Shown: positions 53,436-63,146, numbered from the stretch's first letter. The stretch is DNA of 64,000 nt from an uncultured Acidobacteriaceae bacterium (GCA_964563875.1 CAZLZA010000016.1:2518-66517); one strand, 5' to 3'. Notes: a model not told the origin generated them from the sequence alone. Made by a program: numbers and translations.

Positions 53436-54434
53436 CTATACAGGTACCGGCACGCTCTCCACAACTTCCCGCAGGATCTGCTCGGACTGCTCGGCGCGCT
53501 TGAGCGTGGAGGTGTAGCGCGCGCTGATCACCAGCCGGTGCGCAAACGTCGGCACCGTCAGTTTCTTGAAGTCATCTGGAATACAATAGTTCCGGCCTTC
53601 GAGGAATGCCATGGCCTGCGCCGCGTGATAGAGCATCAACGATCCGCGGGGCGAAACTCCGAGTGAGAGTTGCTCGTGCTGCCGCGTGCGCTCCACAATG
53701 GCCAGCGAGTAGTCGATCAGCGAATCCTCCACCCGCACGGTGGAAACCTCATTCTGCAGCGCGATGACATCCTCGGCGTTGAGCACTGGGCGAATATCTT
53801 CCAGCACTGCCGCCCCCGCCTGACCGCGTAAAATCTCGCGTTCGCTGCCCGGCTCCGGATATCCCATGCGGGCGCGAATCAGAAAGCGGTCGAGTTGCGA
53901 CTCCGGCAAAGGATAGGTGCCGTGGTGCTCCACTGGATTTTGCGTGGCAATCACCAGAAATGGATTGGGCAGCGGATGCGGATGACCATCTACCGTGACC
54001 TGGCGTTCGTTCATCGCCTCCAGCAGCGCCGACTGAGTCTTCGGCGTTGTGCGGTTGATCTCGTCGGCCAGCAGAATATTGGTAAAGATCGGCCCGCGCT
54101 TGAACTCGAAGCGCTCCTCCACCGTAGAGTACACGGAGATGCCGAGCACGTCGCTGGGCAGCATGTCACTGGTAAACTGCACCCGCCGGAAGTCGCAGTC
54201 GATAGCGCGCGCCAGCGCATGAGCCAGCGTGGTTTTGCCAACTCCCGGAACGCCTTCGATGAGCAGGTGTCCGCGAGCAAGAATGGCCACCAGGGCCAGC
54301 CGCACCACGTCGTCCTTGCCACGGATGATCGAGCGCAGGGCGCGCTCCAGTTCAGCAGCGTGTTGAAGGGTCGAGCCCGGTGCTTGCGACATTAGGTTGA
54401 TTGTATCCGCTGCGCCCCGCGAGACAAAGCTCAA
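53436..54434 (-). CDS. MoxR-family AAA+ ATPase
   Basis: GVPGVGKTTLA (Walker A), ILLADEINR (Walker B), ATQNP...G, LPESQLDRF: the MoxR hallmark set. An alternative start is at 54392. Confidence 0.9.
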   Translation of the reverse strand: MSFVSRGAADTINLMSQAPGSTLQHAAELERALRSIIRGKDDVVRLALVAILARGHLLIEGVPGVGKTTLAHALARAIDCDFRRVQFTSDMLPSDVLGISVYSTVEERFEFKRGPIFTNILLADEINRTTPKTQSALLEAMNERQVTVDGHPHPLPNPFLVIATQNPVEHHGTYPLPESQLDRFLIRARMGYPEPGSEREILRGQAGAAVLEDIRPVLNAEDVIALQNEVSTVRVEDSLIDYSLAIVERTRQHEQLSLGVSPRGSLMLYHAAQAMAFLEGRNYCIPDDFKKLTVPTFAHRLVISARYTSTLKRAEQSEQILREVVESVPVPV

Positions 54435-54455
54435 AACCCGGCTGCCGATCGCACC

Positions 54456-55322
54456 TCAGTAACTGCCCGGACGCATCCCGGTTAGCCGCGCAATGCGCTC
54501 GGCCGTCGGCGGATGGGTAGAGAACAGGTTGCCGAAGCTGATGCCGCCAAGCAGCGGTTGAATAATATACATGTGCGCCGTCGCCGGCGACGCTTGCATC
54601 GGAACCCGCACCGCGTACGTCTCCATCTTGCGCAGCGCGCTGGCCAACGCCCCAGGATTGCCCGTAAAGCGCGCGCCGGTTGCGTCCGCCTGATATTCGC
54701 GCGAGCGCGAAACCGCCATCTGGATGAGCATCGCCGCAATCGGAGCCAGGATCATCATGGCAATCGCGGAAATCACGCCGCCTCCGCCATCGCGGTCCCG
54801 GTCGCGTCCGCCACCGCCGCCGAACATCGCCGCCCATCCCGCCATGCGCGCCAGGATGGTGACAGCTCCAGCGAAGGTCGCGGCAATTGAGCTGATGAGA
54901 ATGTCGCGATTGCGGACATGTCCCAGCTCGTGTGCCAGTACCCCTTCCAGTTCGTCGTCATTCAGCAGATCGAGAATGCCCGCGGTCACCGCGACCGACG
55001 CATGACTCGGATTTCTCCCGGTGGCAAACGCATTGGGCGAACCGGTAGGAATAACGAAAATTTTCGGCATCGGCAAGCCGGTCTTAGCGCACAACCGCTC
55101 CACAATCTGATACACCCGGGGCAGTTCCTCGCGCGTCACCGGCTTCGCGCCGCTGGACATGATCGCCAGTTTGTCGCTGAAGAAGTAAGAGAAGAAATTC
55201 ATCGCCCCGGCGATGAAAAAGGCCATCACCGCACCATTGCGGCCGCCTAGCGCCTGTCCGACCAGTACCAGAAAGACGGTCATCGCCGTCAACAAGAATG
55301 CGGTTTTCAGATTATTTCCCAT
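54456..55322 (-). CDS. htpX: Zinc metalloprotease HtpX (M48)
   Basis: [10 protein letters not shown], four TM segments, a C-terminal STHPP motif. It contains a [15 protein letters not shown] insert. Confidence 0.88.
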   Translation of the reverse strand: MGNNLKTAFLLTAMTVFLVLVGQALGGRNGAVMAFFIAGAMNFFSYFFSDKLAIMSSGAKPVTREELPRVYQIVERLCAKTGLPMPKIFVIPTGSPNAFATGRNPSHASVAVTAGILDLLNDDELEGVLAHELGHVRNRDILISSIAATFAGAVTILARMAGWAAMFGGGGGRDRDRDGGGGVISAIAMMILAPIAAMLIQMAVSRSREYQADATGARFTGNPGALASALRKMETYAVRVPMQASPATAHMYIIQPLLGGISFGNLFSTHPPTAERIARLTGMRPGSY

Positions 55323-55451
55323 GGCTATCTATGTAGATGCTAAACCACGGCGGCTGGTCGCGCCAATCAGCTTTGGTCCACAGCTCTGGCGAGCCGCGCA
55401 GAAGGAACAATCAGCAGTCAAAGATAAGCGAATCAAAGATAAGCAGCGGTC

Positions 55452-55895
55452 TCACGCAATGTGATCCCGCGCCCAACTAGGCTCTTCCCTCTTCGTCTCG
55501 GTACCATAGTCGGTGAACCCTGCGGCCAGGGTTTCCGCCACCGCGGTAGCCTCAAAAAAGCGTGCCTGCGGGTCGTCTCCAAAACCCATCAAGCGAGGAA
55601 TGGTAGCGCTGATTCCGGCAAGGCCAACGTCGATTTTGCCATGAGTTTCAAAGTTGACCGCCCGAACCACTCCGCCCGGATAATCGGTGAACAGCGTATT
55701 GAGCATCACTCCGGCCCCACATAGAAGCGCGCTCACCGAGGCACTCTTGTGGCGACTCCAGAACATCGCGCCCGCGCTAAAGAAGAGTGCGGCAATCGAA
55801 TAATCAATAATGCAATGTGCCCCAGGGCCGAGCACCTTCGGCAGACGGTTGGAAAAAGCGGTCACACTCTTCTGCAGCAAGGCCATGGCAGACAT
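55452..55895 (-). CDS. Hypothetical membrane protein
   Basis: 147-aa ORF with 3-4 hydrophobic segments. No family recognised. Confidence 0.5.
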   Translation of the reverse strand: MSAMALLQKSVTAFSNRLPKVLGPGAHCIIDYSIAALFFSAGAMFWSRHKSASVSALLCGAGVMLNTLFTDYPGGVVRAVNFETHGKIDVGLAGISATIPRLMGFGDDPQARFFEATAVAETLAAGFTDYGTETKREEPSWARDHIA

Positions 55896-56140
55896 ATCCT
55901 CCGTAAATCAAGATGCAAGGAGAGGATGCGACGTTGCGGTAACCCTCTTGACTATCCAGAGTTGATATGACCGCCTTGGTCGATATTTGTGAAATAAATA
56001 TGCTTTTGTTTGTTTGTTTTTGAGAGTTGCCATCCTGGACGACGTGAAAGATCCCAGCACCGCCCAATCTCCCCGTGCCGTCTCAAGCTTTTCAACCACC
56101 AATCGATCCTTCTTTTTGTCCTGCCCCGGTTTCTCTCGCG

Positions 56141-56169
56141 AAAATAAGTGGACCGCCCGAAGGCGGCCC
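56141..56169 (-). terminator. Rho-independent terminator after the ccm-linked operon
   Basis: On the minus strand: GGGCCGCC-ttcg-GGCGGTCC (one G-U pair) followed by ACTTATTTTC. Confidence 0.5.
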
Positions 56170-56193
56170 AGCATTGCAAAACGCGATTCGCAA

Positions 56194-57516
56194 CTAGCCC
56201 TGGCTTCTCGCCAGCGCACGCTTCAAGGTCTGCTCCAGAGCAGCGCGCGCCGAATCATACTCCTCCGGTGTAAGCTTTCCCTGCTGGCGTTCAATCTCCA
56301 ACTGGAACAGTTCTTCCTTCAGCGCCGCCAGTAAAAGATTGCTCGGAGCTGGCTGCTGCGCACCGTCGTATACCGGTGGCGTGGCGCTAACCGGCGTTGC
56401 GTTTCGCGGTGTAGGCTGCAGCGCAACCGCCGACGAAGCTGGTACGACCGGCCCATTCTCCGCCTCTTCCTGCTTCGTGCGCTCATGAGTCCAAATGCCG
56501 CCGCCAACCAAACACGTGAGCAGCGCTCCGAGAATGTACCAACGATATTTGGCGAGCCCATCCGGCGCGTCAATCGGTTTGCCCAGCCCGCCGCCGGGGC
56601 GGTTACTGTCGTCGGTTGCCTGGCCGCCCATGGCTCCTCCGCTGTCACCACCACCAGGCGCTGCCTGGGCCTGCTCATCCCGAATCGTGCCCGTACCGGA
56701 GATGGCATAGCTCAAATCCTGACCGGCCTGCGCCCGCAGGCTCACCTGCACATTGCTCCCCGGCTCATTCGTCATCGCCTGGAATAACTTCGCGTCCTTC
56801 GGAGCAAAGCTCATCGTGGAAGGAATGACCAGCACGTAATGCTCGAAATTACGCGTCAGTTGCGGAGACAGCGACGCGCTGCCGCTGTACGGAAAATGAT
56901 AGGCAATCTGGAAGCGAGTCTCGCCGGGCTTCAGCGCAAACGAAAAAGTATAGTGATTCTTCTCCTTCGCCGGCTTCGCCGTGGCGCTGATGGGCTGCCC
57001 ATTCGGAGCCTGCGCATCGGCGCCTTCAATCTGCGCACCGTCCGGCAACACAAATTCAAACGTCGTCCCGGAAGCCAACGTGCGCGGCGGTTTGCTGTCG
57101 TTCTTGATGGCGAACAACTCAACCGCCTGGATCGCCGAACCTTCTGTCTGCATGCGAACCACGTCCGCCGAACCACTGATGCCTTCCACCGAACCGGCAG
57201 CGTCATACACGCTTAGATCGATACTTGTCGATCCCGGCGTAAGCATCTTGAAGTAGTTGACGCCGTTCTTCTCGGCCCGCACCAGTCGAGGCCCTTGCGC
57301 GGCCGGAGCCGCGAACGTAAAGTGCCCTTGCGCATCCGACTTCGCGGTGGCAATTTCCGCCATGCCTCCCATGGGATCGACCAGTGTAACGGCCACTCCG
57401 GCCGCAGGCTTGCCCGTCGTGCCATTGGTCACCACCCCGGCGATGTTGTCGGCGACGGCCGCTCCAGCGCAGAGTAGCAGGAGCAGCAGGATTGAAGCCA
57501 TATGAGTTCTACGCAT
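56194..57516 (-). CDS. Exported CarboxypepD_reg-like domain protein with a C-terminal TM helix and a CcmI-like cytoplasmic tail
   Basis: Signal peptide. IAGVVTNGTTGKPAAGVAVTLVD...DAQGHFTF (carboxypeptidase regulatory-like fold). TM YRWYILGALLTCLVGGGIW. Tail LKEELFQLEIERQQGKLTPEEYDSARAALEQTL. The start overlaps the upstream stop by 1 nt (TGATG). Confidence 0.75.
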   Translation of the reverse strand: MRRTHMASILLLLLLCAGAAVADNIAGVVTNGTTGKPAAGVAVTLVDPMGGMAEIATAKSDAQGHFTFAAPAAQGPRLVRAEKNGVNYFKMLTPGSTSIDLSVYDAAGSVEGISGSADVVRMQTEGSAIQAVELFAIKNDSKPPRTLASGTTFEFVLPDGAQIEGADAQAPNGQPISATAKPAKEKNHYTFSFALKPGETRFQIAYHFPYSGSASLSPQLTRNFEHYVLVIPSTMSFAPKDAKLFQAMTNEPGSNVQVSLRAQAGQDLSYAISGTGTIRDEQAQAAPGGGDSGGAMGGQATDDSNRPGGGLGKPIDAPDGLAKYRWYILGALLTCLVGGGIWTHERTKQEEAENGPVVPASSAVALQPTPRNATPVSATPPVYDGAQQPAPSNLLLAALKEELFQLEIERQQGKLTPEEYDSARAALEQTLKRALARSQG

Positions 57517-57860
57517 CAGGCGATTCCCTCGCGGACCTTGCCGGTTGCCCGCTCAATCTCTTCAATCTCGGCGAGAATGTTCGCTGCCTCCTGCTCCATG
57601 GCATCGCGCATGGTGCTGAAATCGGCATCGCTCAGTTTGCCCGCCTTGTATTCGAAATTCAGATCGCGCAGGTTTTCAAAGGTCTGCTCCTTGCGTTCGT
57701 AGAGGAACGCCAGCCGCGTCTTCTCCAGTGCATGTTCGGCGCGCGCTGGTTTGAAGATGTAGAAGAACACGGCGACGGTAAGCAGCACGGTGGCAAAGAG
57801 CAGAAAACTGTTTCCGGTGCCGTCCGGCTGACTGGCTGGCATTTGCAATATTGCAATCAC
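57516..57860 (-). CDS. Small single-TM protein with a CcmI-N-like helical motif
   Basis: TM FLLFATVLLTVAVFFYIF, then FENLRDLNFEYKAGKLSDADFSTMRDAMEQEA. 4-nt overlap with ccmH. Confidence 0.65.
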   Translation of the reverse strand: MIAILQMPASQPDGTGNSFLLFATVLLTVAVFFYIFKPARAEHALEKTRLAFLYERKEQTFENLRDLNFEYKAGKLSDADFSTMRDAMEQEAANILAEIEEIERATGKVREGIA

Positions 57861-58351
57861 AGGGTTGACGTCTCCTCGCGGGCGCGGCGCCGGAATTCAT
57901 CCAGTTCGCCGGGTCCGGAACCTCCCGGGTTCGACGGCGGATTTGGCGTACGGCGCTTCCACGCTCGCACCACCAGAACCACCGCCGTCAATGCGGCGAT
58001 GAAGATGACAACGGGCATAATCCACGCCACCCGGTTGAAACCCGTAGTGGTGGGTGCCGAGAGCACGGCGGGTCCGTACCTGGCAACAAACCCCGCCAGA
58101 ATCACGTCGTCCGAGTCGCCCCGATCCATGGCGAGTTTCAGTTCCTTGCGCATCTGCTCGGAGGTCGTGCAGCCTACGTGGTTGCACTCCATCAGCACCT
58201 GACCGCAGCCGCACTCGCACATCAGGTTGTGCCCCAGGCGATCAAAGCGCTGGCCCGTGCGATCGCCCGAGGCTCCCATCAACAGCAAAGCACTGGCCAG
58301 CAGCAGCCCCAACGCCCAGCGGTGATGCATCTTGAGAACGATCCCCATCAA
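57857..58351 (-). CDS. ccmH: Cytochrome c-type biogenesis protein CcmH/NrfF family (non-canonical Cys motif)
   Basis: Signal peptide. LMCECGCGQVLMECNHVGC in place of the LRCxxC motif. Then the family-typical GDSDDVILAGFVARYGPAVL and a C-terminal TM. It abuts the ccmF stop. Confidence 0.8.
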   Translation of the reverse strand: MMGIVLKMHHRWALGLLLASALLLMGASGDRTGQRFDRLGHNLMCECGCGQVLMECNHVGCTTSEQMRKELKLAMDRGDSDDVILAGFVARYGPAVLSAPTTTGFNRVAWIMPVVIFIAALTAVVLVVRAWKRRTPNPPSNPGGSGPGELDEFRRRAREETSTL

Positions 58352-60385
58352 TCAGTTTCTCGCCTCCACCGGCGAAACCTCATCTGCCAGCGCCGAACGA
58401 ATTCGCTCCTGCGGCGAACGCTTCTTGCGCTTGGCTTGCATGTTCGGCAGCAACGCCACAAGGGTGCCCACCAGGATCAGATGCGCGCCCGCCCAGATCC
58501 ACCAGACCAGCGGATTCAAGTGCGCCTTGATGATGGGACGGCCGTTCTCCGGATTCTTGCCCGTGTACACCAGGTACAAATCCTCCATCACCGTCGAGCG
58601 ATTGGCGACGATCGTGGCCGGCTGCCCGCTCGCCTTGTAAAAGCGTTGCTCCGGATACATGGTCGTAATCTGCTTGCCATTCTTGTAGATGTCGAGAATG
58701 GCCCATTCGCTGGAATAATTCGGCTGATCGTTCTGCGTGTAAGACCGGCATACCAGCGTGTAGGGACCGATCGCCATCTTGTCGCCGAAGCCCAGCTCCT
58801 GCTCGGTGTTCTGATAGAAGGCCACCCCGGCAAAGCCGATCATCGTCACGATCACCCCGAGGTGCACGATGTAGCCGCCGTAACGCCGTGTGTTGCGCCG
58901 CGTCAGCAGATACATTCCGTGAAAGATGTTGCTGTGATGATGGCGCGAAATCACCAGCCCGCCGCGAATGAACTCGCTGCCAACCGTGGACGCGACCAGA
59001 ACTGAAAGCATGATCGTCATCAACGCGTAGAAATAGCTGATGTCCACCCACGGCTTCATTCCCCGCATCATCAGCACCACGCCGGTCGAGAGCGCAATCA
59101 ACGCTGGAATCAGGAAATTTTTGCGAATGCTCTCCGCGGATGTTCTTCCCCATGCCAGCAGAGGCCCCACTGCGGTCAGCAGTAGCAGGCAGAGCGCGAT
59201 CGGGATGTTGACCTTGTTGAAGAACGGCGGTCCCACCGTCACCTTGTGTCCGGTAACCCATTCGCTCAGCACCGGGAACAGCGTACCCCAGAGCACGGCG
59301 AATGCCGCCACCAGCAGCAGCACGTTATTGAACAGGAAACTCGACTCGCGTGAAACCAGCGACTCCAGCTTGTGCTCGCTTTCCAGATGCGAGCGGTTGC
59401 GCACAAAAAAGAAGACGCAGGTTGCAAAGGTGAGCGCCATGAAAACAACGAAGTAGGGACCAATGTCCGACTCGGCAAACGCATGCACCGAACTCACCAC
59501 CCCGGAGCGCGTCAGGAAGGTTCCGAATATCGCCAGCAGGAATGTGGAGAAGATCAGCCACATGTTCCAGACCTTCATCATGCCGCGCTTTTCCTGCATC
59601 ATCACAGAGTGCAGAAACGCCGTCCCGGTCAGCCACGGCAGCAGCGATGCATTCTCCACCGGGTCCCATCCCCACCATCCGCCCCAGCCTAAAACGCGGT
59701 ATGCCCAGTAGGAGCCCAGGAAGATGCCGCAGGTCAGGAACAGCCAGCCCACCATGGTCCAGCGCCGCGTAATGTGGATCCACTTCTCGCCCGGATATTT
59801 CATGATGAGCGCGGCCAGAGCGAAGCAGAACGGCACGGTCATGCCGACATATCCCAGGTACAGCATCGGCGGATGGATCACCATCTCCGGATACTGCAGC
59901 AGCGGATTGAGACCATTGCCATCGGCGGGAATCGTTCCCGCCACCAGCGCAAACGGATGCGCCGCGAAATTCACCAGCGCCAGGAAAAATATCTGCACCG
60001 CGCTGATCACCACCGACGCATGCGCCACTAATCGCGTGTCCACCTTGTGCCGCAGACGCAACACCAGTCCGTAGGTAGCCAGCAGCCAACACCAGAACAG
60101 CAGCGAGCCCTCTTGTCCCGACCAGAGCGCAGCAAACTTGTAAGGTGCAGGCAAAGCGCGATTGGAGTGGTGCAGGATGTAGGCGACCGAGAAGTCGTTG
60201 TGGAACGCGGCCCAGACCAGTACCGCCGAAGCAGCGGTCACAGCGATAAAAACCGCGATTCCGGCACGACGCGCCGTCTCGCTCAATCGATCGTCATTGC
60301 GGACCAATGCGAATAGTCCGGCGGCGAACGCATAGACGCTCAAAGCAAGCCCGAGCAGTAGAGTGAAGCTTCCGATTTGTGGCAT
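58352..60385 (-). CDS. ccmF: Cytochrome c-type biogenesis heme lyase CcmF
   Basis: WGGWWGWDPVEN (WWD motif), many TM segments, about 677 aa. I chose the start at MPQIGSFTLLLGL (60385). The ORF is open to 60403. Confidence 0.92.
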   Translation of the reverse strand: MPQIGSFTLLLGLALSVYAFAAGLFALVRNDDRLSETARRAGIAVFIAVTAASAVLVWAAFHNDFSVAYILHHSNRALPAPYKFAALWSGQEGSLLFWCWLLATYGLVLRLRHKVDTRLVAHASVVISAVQIFFLALVNFAAHPFALVAGTIPADGNGLNPLLQYPEMVIHPPMLYLGYVGMTVPFCFALAALIMKYPGEKWIHITRRWTMVGWLFLTCGIFLGSYWAYRVLGWGGWWGWDPVENASLLPWLTGTAFLHSVMMQEKRGMMKVWNMWLIFSTFLLAIFGTFLTRSGVVSSVHAFAESDIGPYFVVFMALTFATCVFFFVRNRSHLESEHKLESLVSRESSFLFNNVLLLVAAFAVLWGTLFPVLSEWVTGHKVTVGPPFFNKVNIPIALCLLLLTAVGPLLAWGRTSAESIRKNFLIPALIALSTGVVLMMRGMKPWVDISYFYALMTIMLSVLVASTVGSEFIRGGLVISRHHHSNIFHGMYLLTRRNTRRYGGYIVHLGVIVTMIGFAGVAFYQNTEQELGFGDKMAIGPYTLVCRSYTQNDQPNYSSEWAILDIYKNGKQITTMYPEQRFYKASGQPATIVANRSTVMEDLYLVYTGKNPENGRPIIKAHLNPLVWWIWAGAHLILVGTLVALLPNMQAKRKKRSPQERIRSALADEVSPVEARN

Positions 60386-60608
60386 TTGAGTCAGGCAGTG
60401 CAAATCTGGAGTGATTATGCACGATAACCAAGAAATGCCGCAACTCTAAGTACCAATTCCCGGATAAATTATAAGTGCTGATTTGAAAACAACCCGGCAG
60501 TACTAAGTAAATTGGCCTGCTGGAACTAAGACGCACAACCGTAAGCTCAAGCAGTCATCAATCCGGCTTCCTTATGGAATCCGCTCATTGAGGCCTCCCG
60601 ATACAGCT

Positions 60609-60641
60609 AAATGAGTTCGCCCGGTGCGAACTCATTTTTTT
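60609..60641. terminator. Strong 12-bp hairpin AAATGAGTTCGC-ccggt-GCGAACTCATTT followed by T7 on the + strand; it overlaps the stop codon of the minus-strand receiver gene
   Basis: Read directly. The A-tract before and T-tract after make it potentially bidirectional, but the uninterrupted T-run is in the + orientation. Confidence 0.6.
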
Positions 60642-60994
60642 CCGTTGAGAGAATTTTGGACGACGCTGATCAGTTCATCGGGAGGAAAGGGTTTCAGCCG
60701 GATGCTCACGTTCAGCCCGTCGTATTCTTCCTCGATTCCGGGCATGCCGCTCAGCACCACCACCGGCATAGCGGGCAGGATGAAGCGCAACTGGCGCACC
60801 AGTTCGGACCCCGTGTGTCCGGCCAGATAGTGGTCCGTAACCACCACCCCGACTTTATCTCCCGTGGAGCGCAGAAGGGCTAGAGCACTTTCCACGCCGG
60901 TCGCGCTGTGAACGACCAACCCCGCGTTGCGCAAAATAATCTCTCTTATGCGCAACTGACTGGGGTCGTCGTCGACCATTAGTACTTGGAGCAT
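60632..60994 (-). CDS. Stand-alone response regulator receiver protein
   Basis: VLMVDDD...VVVTDHYL...LSG...K pattern, 120 aa. Confidence 0.8.
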   Translation of the reverse strand: MLQVLMVDDDPSQLRIREIILRNAGLVVHSATGVESALALLRSTGDKVGVVVTDHYLAGHTGSELVRQLRFILPAMPVVVLSGMPGIEEEYDGLNVSIRLKPFPPDELISVVQNSLNGKK

Positions 60995-61033
60995 GTATGC
61001 CTGACGATCTTATAAAGTCTTTTTTGTTTGAAC

Positions 61034-61318
61034 TTATCTGTATTTCGAACGTACTTCCGACTCGGCGCGATGCCAGTCCGCCTCGTGCGACCCGTGCTGA
61101 CCACCGCGCTGGCAAAAAAATTCGTATGCACGTCGGCGGATTTCCTCATAAAGTTCCGCGGTCGCAGGTGGTGCCGTAATCACGTCAGGCGGAAAGACCG
61201 GAGCTGCGGTGACGATCTCCTCAGCAGCCGAACCGTTCGGAGCAGCCTTGTTCGGCGCAGCGCTCTTCTTAGTTTTCTTGGCAGTGGATTTGTCCGAAGA
61301 CTTTTTCTCTTTGGCCAT
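61034..61318 (-). CDS. Lys-rich small protein with a DUF2934-type C-terminus
   Basis: C-terminal EEIRRRAYEFFCQRGGQHGSHEADWHRAESE matches the DUF2934 pattern (as I remember it). The N-terminus is KKS/KKT-rich. Confidence 0.65.
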   Translation of the reverse strand: MAKEKKSSDKSTAKKTKKSAAPNKAAPNGSAAEEIVTAAPVFPPDVITAPPATAELYEEIRRRAYEFFCQRGGQHGSHEADWHRAESEVRSKYR

Positions 61319-61707
61319 TCGTCTTCACAATCTCCTGAATTCAATTTAGGCCGTGCGGAAACCATTCGCCCGTCCTCCCTACTACTATAGCGCGGGCTTG
61401 CCCCCACTGTTAAGACTCGCCATTGAATTCGCCGTCGATTCACACGGGACAAATGACGTGGGTAACAGAAATCTCTGAGTCCACAGCCATGTGAGCTGCT
61501 CTGGTCGTCGTCTCTGCCTTTTTATTCCATCCGTGCGACATTCCACGAATCTAACGCTTCTAATCGCGCAGCGTTGTTTGTGCGAGCGTACTCCGTGGAG
61601 AGATAGGGCCTTATAGCAAGGTATTCACCTGAGGCAATTTAGTTCTGGTCCCGATTAGCCCAGGACTGTCGGTAAGACATGCTTTGGAATAGGAAGGAGT
61701 CTGTTGT

Positions 61708-62082
61708 ATGAAGCGTACGCTTGGAGCGCTCGCAGTGCTGCTGTTTGTCGCCACATTGGCGATAGGTCAGCAATCGCAATTCCCCATGGCCGCCAATCCA
61801 TCACTGGAGGCCAACACGAACGATGAGACAGTATTGTTCTATCAGCCTCATGTCGGTTTACCGTCATCGATGGCTGCCAACGCGGACACATCGTCTTCCC
61901 TCGCAGACTGGCGCTATGAGGATTGGCGCCACGATGTTCAGAACAACTTTGAATCGACCTTCCCAGTCGCCGCGGACCCATCGATTGGCGCGATCGCTGA
62001 AATGGCTCCACTCACCGAGCACCATCGGATCAGCGGTGAATCGCCGTTTCCAGCAGGGGTGAACCCAAACGCGAATTGGTGA
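61708..62082 (+). CDS. Small secreted protein with three FPxAxNP-type repeats
   Basis: AGGAAGGAG RBS. Signal peptide MKRTLGALAVLLFVATLAIG. Repeats FPMAANPS, FPVAADPS, FPAGVNPN. Confidence 0.6.
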   Translation: MKRTLGALAVLLFVATLAIGQQSQFPMAANPSLEANTNDETVLFYQPHVGLPSSMAANADTSSSLADWRYEDWRHDVQNNFESTFPVAADPSIGAIAEMAPLTEHHRISGESPFPAGVNPNANW

Positions 62083-62109
62083 TTCGGCAGCGATGCCCCG
62101 TGTAACCGC

Positions 62110-62652
62110 CTAGAAAGTTACAGCCTTCGGCGCGCGGCAAACGTCAACCGCCTGACGAACGGCCTGTTCCAATCGTGAAGCCGAGGCGGCATCGCCATCG
62201 AATTCCAACCTGAAGGACGGGAGTCGCTTCGGACTCGCACTCGCGCAGTCGGTAACGATTCCGTCCTTGTTCTTCGTACACGTGGAAGTGGAGTAAACGC
62301 AATTCTCTTTGCTGTTGCAGTTCAATAGCAGATAGGACTTCTGCAGAGCAATGCTGTAGGGGTCAAGCGCTCCCATCGAAAATTGAACCGTCTCTGTGCG
62401 GGTGGTGTCCTCGGCAAAATTATCGATCACTCGAACGGAAAACTCAGCCCGGCAATCTTCCATCTTCTCCAGCCGTGTACTCCAGTGATATGCGTCCCGT
62501 CCCAGTACGCGCTCGCCATGGCTTGCGAGCTCTGTCTGAATCGCCGACGCCAGTTGCGTGAACGAGCGGGAACTTGCTTCTTCGGCCGGTTGAGCGAACA
62601 GCAGCGCAGTTAAGAAAGGCAGTCCAAGGGCGAGCCAGTACGATTGCTTCAT
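62110..62652 (-). CDS. Hypothetical secreted protein
   Basis: 180 aa. Signal peptide MKQSYWLALGLPFLTALLFAQP. Six Cys. No family recognised. Confidence 0.6.
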   Translation of the reverse strand: MKQSYWLALGLPFLTALLFAQPAEEASSRSFTQLASAIQTELASHGERVLGRDAYHWSTRLEKMEDCRAEFSVRVIDNFAEDTTRTETVQFSMGALDPYSIALQKSYLLLNCNSKENCVYSTSTCTKNKDGIVTDCASASPKRLPSFRLEFDGDAASASRLEQAVRQAVDVCRAPKAVTF

Positions 62653-62903
62653 GCAAGTGTCCGTGAATGATCCGGGAGATAAATTGGGGCGAGCACCCCA
62701 ATTATCCGGCTTCGCGCATCAATCAGCAAGCAAGCTTCCGGGCAAAATCACGAGTTGGATGTGCCTCTCACGGAGCGGTGACCGCGCTCACTGCGGAAAA
62801 TTCCGTGGCGACGTATGATAGACGCAGACCGAATAATCGAACCAAACACTACCGCGCCCCCCAACGCGTGGTAACTGCACGGATCAAGAAGCGAGCGTTA
62901 TCA

Positions 62904-63146
62904 ATGGAACAAGGAACGCGGCAATACGTGGTTTCAATTCAGGCGCAGTCTTTCCGCAAGAAGACACGCTATCACTGGATGATTTGCTGGGAAAACAATC
63001 CCGACGAATTAGTTTCCTGGGGCCACGCCCCAACCATGGAGTTGGCCGAAACCGAAGCCCGCAATGAGGTCAAGGACTTGACCTCTGGGCTGACGCAGGG
63101 CGGACGCGTGGCCAGCACCAGCTACTCGGCCATTCACCACTGCTAA
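62904..63146 (+). CDS. Hypothetical small protein (80 aa)
   Basis: Internal Met of ORF 62667-63146. The upstream part of the ORF looks non-coding. No family recognised. Confidence 0.3.
   Translation: MEQGTRQYVVSIQAQSFRKKTRYHWMICWENNPDELVSWGHAPTMELAETEARNEVKDLTSGLTQGGRVASTSYSAIHHC

Noticed and set aside
58178-60092. Several 250-290-aa ORFs in other frames over ccmF
   Set aside because: The ccmF frame has the WGGWWGWDPVEN motif and continuous TM helices. The alternatives are Arg/Gly/His-rich shadows.
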